Virus record (IMG/VR): IMGVR_UViG_3300044825_000904
Coordinates: 40,272-104,271 of that record
Reading direction: 5' to 3' (one strand)
DNA: 64,000 nucleotides
DNA from: a virus
Shown: in pieces, positions 56,937 to 64,000 of the stretch
How positions within the stretch are numbered: the first letter of the stretch is position 1
Layout: every line of letters starts with the position of its first letter
The notes under the pieces: model-generated
What the model saw: only the letters and a program-made list of their open reading frames with translations
The model's database searches: none
Told to the model about the DNA's origin: nothing
Translations under genes and position numbers: made by a program

Positions 56937-58700
56937 CTAAAAGTTATTATAACCTGTCAATTTAATGACATCAGTGGATAAATTAATACCTAATTGATAA
57001 CCTGTTTTAGAGCTTGCATCCATATTCGGTGTTACACGAATAAATGAATTAATATCTAATCCACTTGCTAAGGTACTAAACTTCAGCTTAAAAGGAATAA
57101 TATTTCCTGTAACAGGATTCTTTATATCCTTATCTATACTTCCAAATTTAACCTTACCATCCTTATTATCTACGAATGTATACCAAGTATTAGGCAAATC
57201 ATTAGAAATACTCTCAAACTTTAATTTAGTAGCATCATAAGCAAACTCAAATTGTAATGCACTAACACTAACTTCACCAGCTTCTACCTTTACAGGTATC
57301 TCAATGCCATTAGAAGTAACTGTAACATTCTTTAGATTAACATTGATGCTAGGAACAAACTGTGGGGTATTAATCAATAAGTTAGCTGTCTTAGCTAAAC
57401 TTTTCTTTAAGCTAGGTACAGCATTAGTAGCAATAGCATTATTAATTAATACTTGAGAGCTATGTGATCGGTTAATATCACCAGGAATAACAAAACGTAA
57501 CTTTAAAGGGAGATTCTTGCCTATAACGCTTGTTTTAAATCTAACGTAATTCTTATCCAAGTCTTTCCAATTAGCTTGTGTAAGGCCATTAAATGTAGAA
57601 TCAGTAAACGTAGGAGCACTCATATACATATCAGTACCTGCTACATAGTTTTGTGGCAATGTAACTAAGTTTTCTACACCAGTCACTTGAGCAAATAGCT
57701 TAACTAAGTCTCCCCCATCAAAGAGTTTATTCCTATTGACATCTGCAGCATAATACCCAGCTCCTGTAATAATATTTTGATTCTTAAAAGTGCCATCAAG
57801 GTTTTGAGTAACAAATTCAGCTTGAGCTGTAGTATAATCAGAAACAGTTACCGCAGCAGTTGATAATTCCTTAATAGAATCCATATTAAACAATACTCTC
57901 ACATGGTATACTGTATTAGGTGAAAATCTAGTCTGATCAACAGGAATAGTTCCATCTGATAAAGCATCTACTAAATAAGTAGTATTAGCTACAGAATCAG
58001 TAAATGCTACCCTATGAAGTGATAAATCACCTACATTAGAATTAACCATTAAACTAGGATTAATGTATCTACTAGCCGTAGGGTCTAGCATAATTACATT
58101 GTTTAATGGAGTTGTCATTAATGTTGAACCATTTGAGCCATCTTGGTTATATGCTGCAGCAAAGTTCATCTTAATAGCATCCCAAGCATAACCAGGTGCT
58201 GTAGTCTTTAACTTAAAGTGTAGTTTAAGCAAAGTGTCCTTACCTAAGCCTCCATTAGCTATTGACCAGTTTAAATAAACACGAAGAATAGATTTTGCTC
58301 CACCAGCAGTGTAACTATATTGAGCATAATTATACTTTACATTGCCATCTGCGACATTATTATACTGGGTAGTAACATAATTGTATCCTGGGTAATTTTG
58401 ATAGCTCATAGAGATTTGTGAGCCATAAGGAATAATACCACCATTACCACCAGTTCCTGTGTGGTCTACACCTAATAGCTCAAAAGCAGTATTAGTGTAT
58501 TCAAAGTCAAAGTAAAGTGCTCTAACAGTGGTATTGTTATTGCCATCAGCACTAACTAATACATCAAAGGAATCTCCCTTGTTAATAACATTACCAGCTA
58601 GGTTAGTATTGGTAGAATCGTTATTAAAGTATAGTTTGACAATTTGAGCTTGAGATACAAAGCTCATTAGCACGAATGCTAAAGTATATAGATTTTTCAC
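56937..58700 (-). CDS. Secreted cohesin-dockerin-cohesin-like protein
   Basis: Signal peptide SQA-Q; GDSFDV.V...ALYFDFEY....FEL; ADVNRNKLFDGGD; IPVKV...SALQFEFAYD.TKLKF. Confidence 0.7.
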   Translation of the reverse strand: MKNLYTLAFVLMSFVSQAQIVKLYFNNDSTNTNLAGNVINKGDSFDVLVSADGNNNTTVRALYFDFEYTNTAFELLGVDHTGTGGNGGIIPYGSQISMSYQNYPGYNYVTTQYNNVADGNVKYNYAQYSYTAGGAKSILRVYLNWSIANGGLGKDTLLKLHFKLKTTAPGYAWDAIKMNFAAAYNQDGSNGSTLMTTPLNNVIMLDPTASRYINPSLMVNSNVGDLSLHRVAFTDSVANTTYLVDALSDGTIPVDQTRFSPNTVYHVRVLFNMDSIKELSTAAVTVSDYTTAQAEFVTQNLDGTFKNQNIITGAGYYAADVNRNKLFDGGDLVKLFAQVTGVENLVTLPQNYVAGTDMYMSAPTFTDSTFNGLTQANWKDLDKNYVRFKTSVIGKNLPLKLRFVIPGDINRSHSSQVLINNAIATNAVPSLKKSLAKTANLLINTPQFVPSINVNLKNVTVTSNGIEIPVKVEAGEVSVSALQFEFAYDATKLKFESISNDLPNTWYTFVDNKDGKVKFGSIDKDIKNPVTGNIIPFKLKFSTLASGLDINSFIRVTPNMDASSKTGYQLGINLSTDVIKLTGYNNF

Positions 58701-59209
58701 AATAGCTTATTAATTAAAGAATTACACGATTTTTTTAAAGCACTAGAAAGATTTTGTTGATTAAAGTTACCTCCTTCATCAACTAAAAGTGTAGACATTG
58801 AGACTTCTTCAGCAGATTCTTCTACAATAGCCTTCTTAACCACTTTGCCATTATCATACAATGTACCTCTAAGTCTAATTACAACTGCTTCAGTTGCCCC
58901 ATGAAATACGGATAAATTAGCCTCACGCTTAAATACATCAAGATATAATATTTCTACTTTAATTACCTGCTTAGAATCGTCAGATAAATCGTATTCCTTA
59001 ACTACCAAGTATTCTTCTAGTATATTCTTTACACCAAAAGCTAGGTTTCTATTACCTGCAAGTGCTCCTATTTGTACTTTATTCTCCACTGGAGCTACTG
59101 TAATAGGCTCTGTAGGGAAGAAGTGCTTATAAAGAAAAAAGGATTGAACTGTGAAGCTCACTCCTATGATCACTGAAACAATCCAAGCAGTAATAGTAAA
59201 TAATTTCAT
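58697..59209 (-). CDS. Membrane-anchored CsgG/LptE-like protein
   Basis: N-terminal TM; LAFGVKNILEEYL and SSALKKSC parallel LGVTNIVVEFL and ASTKKAL of the 235-aa protein. Confidence 0.5.
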   Translation of the reverse strand: MKLFTITAWIVSVIIGVSFTVQSFFLYKHFFPTEPITVAPVENKVQIGALAGNRNLAFGVKNILEEYLVVKEYDLSDDSKQVIKVEILYLDVFKREANLSVFHGATEAVVIRLRGTLYDNGKVVKKAIVEESAEEVSMSTLLVDEGGNFNQQNLSSALKKSCNSLINKLL

Positions 59210-59331
59210 CCTTGTCCTCTTGAGGGTTTAGGTTTTTCTTGATATTTAGAATAAGACTTCTTAGCCTTACCCTTTCTTCTAGTTCCAAAAGTAATCTTCT
59301 TAGTTTCTGCTGATTTAGTAGCTTTTGCCAT
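59206..59331 (-). CDS. Unlisted 41-aa basic protein
   Basis: MAKATKSAETKKITFGTRRKGKAKKSYSKYQEKPKPSRGQG; TAATG and ATGA overlaps at both ends. Confidence 0.75.
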   Translation of the reverse strand: MAKATKSAETKKITFGTRRKGKAKKSYSKYQEKPKPSRGQG

Positions 59332-60185
59332 TATGAAAGTAGTTTATAGTATTCAGTAAAGTGTTTTTGTCTGTCAGCTAAACCAATAGTACCACCATTA
59401 ACTCTTTTAGTTACAGCAGTTACTACATCAGGAGTTGCACCTCTATCACATATAGCCCACAAATTGTTTCTCTTAAAGAAGAATGCTGCGGAGGCTAAAG
59501 GATATTTACTAGCAACTAAATCAGGCATATCAAGAATACTTTCAGGTACAGTAGCATCAAATAAAGAGTAATTGTCTTTTCCTGTAAGCTGTATATACCC
59601 ACGACCTCTAAACTTATAGCCATCACCAGAAGATTCTGGACCATTACCCATTCTACTAGCATACACCTTATTAGCAATCTTTTCAGGTTTTCTTTCATAT
59701 TGTAATGCAATAGTTACACTAGGGAAATACTTTCTAAATATTCCACACAATCCTTTAGCAGAATAATTAAGATTCTCACTAACAGCTCTAAAGCCTCCAC
59801 TTTCGTGTCCACATTGAGCTAAGAAGTGTGCTAGTCTAAGAGTATTAGTTATTCCATATCTGCTAGCAGTGTCAGGTATCTGGTCTATAACTGCTTGTGG
59901 AATATGCCCTTTTAAATTGTCAAGAAGTTTAAAACCACTTTGTATGTGATTAATAACGACTTCAGGAGCTACGATAACAGGAGCAATAGGAGTTTCTACC
60001 ACAGGAGCAAATAACTTAGCCCATGTAGCATCTCCTACAATACCATCTGGAGTTAATCCGTGAGCTGTTTGCCAACCTTTTACAGCAGCTTCAGTCTTAG
60101 GACCAAACTTACCAATAGGATCAACTCCAAGTTTAATTTGAAGTTTAACTACATCGTCTCCTGTTGAACCAACTTTTAAAAGCAT
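59331..60185 (-). CDS. Endolysin: peptidoglycan-binding domain plus GH19
   Basis: G.FGP.TE.AV..WQ...GL..DGIVG..TW; HFLAQ..HES; RGRG.IQLTG..NY. Confidence 0.93.
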   Translation of the reverse strand: MLLKVGSTGDDVVKLQIKLGVDPIGKFGPKTEAAVKGWQTAHGLTPDGIVGDATWAKLFAPVVETPIAPVIVAPEVVINHIQSGFKLLDNLKGHIPQAVIDQIPDTASRYGITNTLRLAHFLAQCGHESGGFRAVSENLNYSAKGLCGIFRKYFPSVTIALQYERKPEKIANKVYASRMGNGPESSGDGYKFRGRGYIQLTGKDNYSLFDATVPESILDMPDLVASKYPLASAAFFFKRNNLWAICDRGATPDVVTAVTKRVNGGTIGLADRQKHFTEYYKLLS

Positions 60186-60187
60186 AA

Positions 60188-60793
60188 CTATTTAATTTTG
60201 GTGTAATACCCAAACCCATAAAGAGGCTTGCCATCTAAGTCTACAGAAGCTTTAATGTTAAATAAAGCATCTTTCTTAGTCTTATAAAGCAATCCAGCTT
60301 CAATTCCTCTTATGCCTAAAGAATTACTTGTATTAATTCCACCACCCACGAATAAGTTTCTTGTCGGTGGGGAATACTTAGTAATAGTCTTTGTTTCTTT
60401 GACAATAGGAATTTGATAATTCTCACGAGTTTTTCTACTTGTTAATTTATTCTCATTAATGGTATCTAATACAGCTATATAACCATAAGTACCTATTCTA
60501 ATAGTATCAGAATAAATAACCTTATTTAAATAGAGTTGTAATAGTGCCATATACTGTCTTTTAAGGGTAGCATAATTAGTATCAGGCAGCATCTCAGGTT
60601 TGGATGCTACCTCTACAATTACTTCCTTTAAAACAGGTACTTTTTTGACTATGATGGAATCGTGAATACTCCAAGATGTATCGTGTACAACTAGAGTATC
60701 ATTTGGTCTAGCCTCTCCAGCTTGAACGTGTTTAGTGTAAGCATAGAATATAGCTATGATACAACAAACAAAAAGGGCTATATTAACCTTCAT
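60188..60793 (-). CDS. Putative spanin-like lysis protein
   Basis: N-terminal TM, DT.V.. repeats, C-terminal amphipathic strands; in the lysis cassette. Confidence 0.55.
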   Translation of the reverse strand: MKVNIALFVCCIIAIFYAYTKHVQAGEARPNDTLVVHDTSWSIHDSIIVKKVPVLKEVIVEVASKPEMLPDTNYATLKRQYMALLQLYLNKVIYSDTIRIGTYGYIAVLDTINENKLTSRKTRENYQIPIVKETKTITKYSPPTRNLFVGGGINTSNSLGIRGIEAGLLYKTKKDALFNIKASVDLDGKPLYGFGYYTKIK

Positions 60794-61070
60794 CTTCTGG
60801 TAGTGGGTCTAAGCCACCTGGTAGATTCTTTTCTCTTTCAGCATCAGTCTTTCTGTTTTGTGTTTTCTCAAAAGCAGAGATACCAAAACAAGCTGCTGTA
60901 AGTCCAGCGAATACTTCTAGGATAATAGGCTCAATAACAAATGTTTGTTGCTCTAATCCTGTAATAACATCAGCAATTCCATAAACTGCTAAGATAGCAA
61001 ATGAAGCGAATCCTAATACGGATTTCTCATTGATATCATTGTCATCCTTAAAAATGTCTAGTAATGCCAT
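60783..61070 (-). CDS. Holin-like two-TM protein (start MALLDIFK)
   Basis: Two hydrophobic helices, charged tail. Confidence 0.6.
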   Translation of the reverse strand: MALLDIFKDDNDINEKSVLGFASFAILAVYGIADVITGLEQQTFVIEPIILEVFAGLTAACFGISAFEKTQNRKTDAEREKNLPGGLDPLPEDEG

Positions 61071-61074
61071 TGTT

Positions 61075-61224
61075 TTACTTTTTATGTAGTTTATACCATT
61101 TGTGCAAGGTATAACCAATGGTAGCGATTAAAAGGAGAATCTTCAAAGATTGCTCCAAGCTAGTAAATGATAAGCTAAATGCTATCATATTGAAGATTCC
61201 CACTTTTAAATCGTCTTGATCCAT
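61075..61224 (-). CDS. Unlisted 49-aa holin-like membrane protein
   Basis: MDQDDLKVGIFNMIAFSLSFTSLEQSLKILLLIATIGYTLHKWYKLHKK; TAATG coupling. Confidence 0.7.
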   Translation of the reverse strand: MDQDDLKVGIFNMIAFSLSFTSLEQSLKILLLIATIGYTLHKWYKLHKK

Positions 61225-61520
61225 TATTTCTTGTCTTGCACTTTAGTGAATACTTGTAATAATGGTCCTTTAGCTAAGATGATGATTGCTTCGCTATCCT
61301 TGATAAATCCTTTCAATACATCTTGGTCAGAAGTATCTAAGTCAAGAATTTCTCCTTTGTTAAGAGCTAAAGCCCATTCAAAGTATTTAATAGCATCACC
61401 TTTAGTTTGTTGAACCAAAGAGTTTGCAAGTAACTTACCTGCGTTTACTTTTGAACCATCTCTTTCAAGAAGTTCTTTTCCCTCTAAATCTGTAAGATTA
61501 AAGTTAAAGTTTAATTTCAT
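61224..61520 (-). CDS. Small fibre-associated protein, homolog of 21914-22183
   Basis: NAGKLLAN.L.QQTKGDA.KY.EWALALNKG shared. Confidence 0.75.
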   Translation of the reverse strand: MKLNFNFNLTDLEGKELLERDGSKVNAGKLLANSLVQQTKGDAIKYFEWALALNKGEILDLDTSDQDVLKGFIKDSEAIIILAKGPLLQVFTKVQDKK

Positions 61521-61556
61521 TGTTTTGTGTGTTTGATTATATCGTAAAGTTAATAA

Positions 61557-61883
61557 TTATTCTGATATTTCCTCATTCACAATTGTTTCCTCTACAACAG
61601 GCACAGGAGCTACATAATCACCAGTGATAGTTAAGTTTAACTTAGCTGCAATAAACTCCCAAGCAGCAGTATCTTCTTGCCATGTAGGATAATCATTACC
61701 ATCCATAGTTACATTTCCTTGTGCTAATACATCACCTATATTTCCATCTTCTTTAATTGAGTTTAAAGAATAAAAAAATGTAGCTGATTTGTCTAAAGTA
61801 ACATTAACTGCATAAGCATTTAAAATAGAAGCTTCATTAGCTTGACCATTATTCCAAATTGATACTGATTCGATTAATTTCAT
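61557..61883 (-). CDS. Fibre-associated protein, homolog of 22204-22539
   Basis: Direct protein alignment. Confidence 0.7.
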   Translation of the reverse strand: MKLIESVSIWNNGQANEASILNAYAVNVTLDKSATFFYSLNSIKEDGNIGDVLAQGNVTMDGNDYPTWQEDTAAWEFIAAKLNLTITGDYVAPVPVVEETIVNEEISE

Positions 61884-61901
61884 TTTATTTATTATTTAAG
61901 T

Positions 61902-62345
61902 TTAAGGACAATAATATTGATTTTCAACTCTTTGGATACTTCCGTTGTATCCAGAAGGAATAGTTGTTTGTGGACCAACAGAAGTACCATTGTAATAATA
62001 ATAGCTTGGGCTATAACTAGGTAATATATAACGCTGACCAGTACCTAAAGTAGGATTAATTCTAGTCCAAGCTACAGTTCCACCACCACAAGGAGTTAAT
62101 TGATAATAAGTATATTGAACTGCAACTATTTTGCTTTTCGCTACAGTTTGATTAGCAGCAGTTCCACTTAAAGGAGCTGATTGTATTTCTACATAAGATT
62201 GCACTTGATCGCCTCTAATACACTTCTTAGCTGAAACTCCCGAAGGAGGCATAGGTAATAATTGTAGAAATGTACCATTATCACAAGCCTCCTTTAGGTT
62301 TTCAAAAGTAATTTGTTGGTTAGATGGAATAGATGACCACAACAT
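61902..62345 (-). CDS. Fibre-associated Cys-domain protein, homolog of 22569-23003
   Basis: Ends GQRYILP...GYNGSIQ...CP. Confidence 0.7.
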   Translation of the reverse strand: MLWSSIPSNQQITFENLKEACDNGTFLQLLPMPPSGVSAKKCIRGDQVQSYVEIQSAPLSGTAANQTVAKSKIVAVQYTYYQLTPCGGGTVAWTRINPTLGTGQRYILPSYSPSYYYYNGTSVGPQTTIPSGYNGSIQRVENQYYCP

Positions 62346-62346
62346 A

Positions 62347-64000
62347 TTAAGCTACATTTAATTGTTTCTTTAATTGCTCTACTTCTCTTTCTAATCTAGC
62401 AATCTTAACTGTATGTACTTCACGATAAGATAAATTTAAATATCCATCTTCGTTTTTGGTTACAACACTTGGCATATATGATTCTGCTTCTTGTGCAAAA
62501 TATCCATATTCTTGTCTACCATTTTTAATGTAAAGCTTAGCTTTTAAGTTTTCAATGTTTTTAACATTAACATCATCTTCTAATAATTCCTTCAATCTGC
62601 TATCTGATGATTCAAAAAATGCTGCTGCTGTTACATTACCGCCATTTGAAATTGTAACCAATGCCGTTGAATTTCGGCCAATCGCAAATAAATCTGTCCC
62701 AACATTACAGACTCCAATACCTAAATCCCAATACATTGATGCTGTTGGATTCCCTGCCATTCTTAACATTGCCCCATACGTTGTTCCTGTATATCCATTA
62801 ACCCCATTTTGAGTATATGAAATATGTGGATTAATGTGCATTACCCATCTGTCATTAGAACTTCCGTATAAAGTAGGATATGCTGTACCTCCACCCCATG
62901 ATGCCTGAATACTTCCTAAAATACCTTTAAATGAACCGGTATCCATTGCAATCTGTCCATTTACATATACGTTATATCCCGGATCTGTATTTGTGTTTAC
63001 TAATATATTTCCATTTGTATTGATTTTTAAATATTGAGTACCACTAACATTGAATGATTGGTAATTATATGTTCTAACAATTAACGCTGAACTATTCCAT
63101 GTTTCCAAATATCCAATTCCTGATTCATACCCCAATGTTAAACCACCTGTTGATGTTGCTAAAACCGTTCTGCCAATTGCTTTTATTGATCCATTTACTT
63201 CAAATTTTTCCCCCGGTGTTGTCGTTCCGATGCCTACATTCCCCCCGCTAGTAATCCGCATACGTTCGGTATCGTTAGTGCCAAATAACAATGGAATTGC
63301 ACTTTGAGAATAAATTAAATAATATGAATCAGTTGCGGCAATTAATCCTCTTTTAACATCCGCGACTTTATTATCTATACGAGATACTGAAGTAGCATTT
63401 ATAGTTAAAGAAGTGTGATTAGTTATTGATTCTGGCGAAGTCGTTCCGATTCCTACGTTGCCATTGTTTAAAATAGATAGAGCAGATGTATAAGTTGCAT
63501 TTATCTCTGCAGTATTATTTGCAGTTACTAAAAAGTTAAATCCTACACCACCTATTGCAGCATCTCTTAAAGGTTGCACCTTAGAACCACCACTTACAGT
63601 TGTTCTAATAAATTCAATGCCTCCTGTAAATACACTAGATGAGGTAGTAGAAATTATTTTAATTCCATCTGTACTATTTGCTCCATCATTTATAATTGCA
63701 TTTAATGCTCTTAAACTTCCACTAAATCTACCTGTACCATTTACATCAAGTTTGTATCCTGAATTTGTTGTCTGATTAATACCAATGTTGCCATCACTAA
63801 AAATCTTTAATGCTCCACCACCAACACCCGGTCTATCAAAATTTACAACACCCGGTGCAACAGATAAAACAACATTTCCAACGTGATCAGCACCTCCACC
63901 AATTCGAACTTGACCTGTACCAAAATAAGTATTTGAATATGCAATACCTGCATCTCCGGTTGTTAAATACTGATCGCCTGCTGATGATGGTGTAACTCTA
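62347..64000 (-). CDS. Tail fibre C-terminal part with S74 chaperone (5' end beyond the window)
   Basis: Frame open to 63999 (RVTPSSAGDQYLTT...); FFESSDSRLK. Confidence 0.88.
   Translation of the reverse strand, partial: RVTPSSAGDQYLTTGDAGIAYSNTYFGTGQVRIGGGADHVGNVVLSVAPGVVNFDRPGVGGGALKIFSDGNIGINQTTNSGYKLDVNGTGRFSGSLRALNAIINDGANSTDGIKIISTTSSSVFTGGIEFIRTTVSGGSKVQPLRDAAIGGVGFNFLVTANNTAEINATYTSALSILNNGNVGIGTTSPESITNHTSLTINATSVSRIDNKVADVKRGLIAATDSYYLIYSQSAIPLLFGTNDTERMRITSGGNVGIGTTTPGEKFEVNGSIKAIGRTVLATSTGGLTLGYESGIGYLETWNSSALIVRTYNYQSFNVSGTQYLKINTNGNILVNTNTDPGYNVYVNGQIAMDTGSFKGILGSIQASWGGGTAYPTLYGSSNDRWVMHINPHISYTQNGVNGYTGTTYGAMLRMAGNPTASMYWDLGIGVCNVGTDLFAIGRNSTALVTISNGGNVTAAAFFESSDSRLKELLEDDVNVKNIENLKAKLYIKNGRQEYGYFAQEAESYMPSVVTKNEDGYLNLSYREVHTVKIARLEREVEQLKKQLNVA
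63005..63129. repeat. 125-bp exact repeat, copy 2
   Basis: Identical to 23663-23787. Confidence 0.9.
63874..64000. repeat. Exact repeat of at least 127 bp, copy 2
   Basis: Identical to 24535-24661. Confidence 0.92.

Larger units (their letters stand above)
24662..64000. mobile_element. Phage B: apparently complete 39,339-bp HK97-type siphovirus, circularly permuted inside its fibre gene
   Basis: TerS/TerL, portal, protease, MCP, neck, tail tube, TAC, TMP, fibre, lysis and replication genes; the window end duplicates 24,535-24,661 at offset 39,339. Confidence 0.85.

Noticed and set aside
285-63995. Antisense or nested track ORFs (e.g. 285, 918, 11901, 14057, 19054, 37182, 48865, 54969, 62555, 63810)
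   Set aside because: Shadows of longer genes with recognisable products; no independent signals.

Overview
AT-rich Bacteroidota phage DNA (TAnnTTTG promoters, Gln+1 signal peptides) holding two complete and unrelated virion modules. Phage A (1-~24,500) is part of a crAss-like podovirus: ejection proteins, split nozzle, ring proteins, 471-aa capsid, 810-aa portal, 737-aa terminase, 2OG-Fe(II) oxygenase, tandem GroES and a GT4-Aah/TibC heptosyltransferase fusion. Phage B (24,662-64,000; 39,339 bp) is an apparently complete HK97-type siphovirus: tail, head, packaging, control region, Ocr-like and half beta-clamp early genes, tRNA(CAT), RusA, SSB, RecE, DnaB and lysis genes, with no integrase or CI repressor seen. 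The two meet inside homologous tail-fibre genes, where 24,535-24,661 is identical to 63,874-64,000, so this is either a cointegrate or a figure-eight misassembly. Best leads: (1) seven 23-bp palindromes resembling the Bacteroidota Fur box around phage B promoters; (2) a six-gene envelope operon after the endolysin (two CsgG-like proteins, a cohesin-dockerin-cohesin protein, a lipoprotein, a beta-barrel); (3) a hidden -1 frame behind an A10 run in the ejection protein gene and another in the tail hub gene; (4) a Cys-bracketed GYNGSIQ domain shared by three virion proteins. All family calls are by-eye motif recognition; no searches were run.
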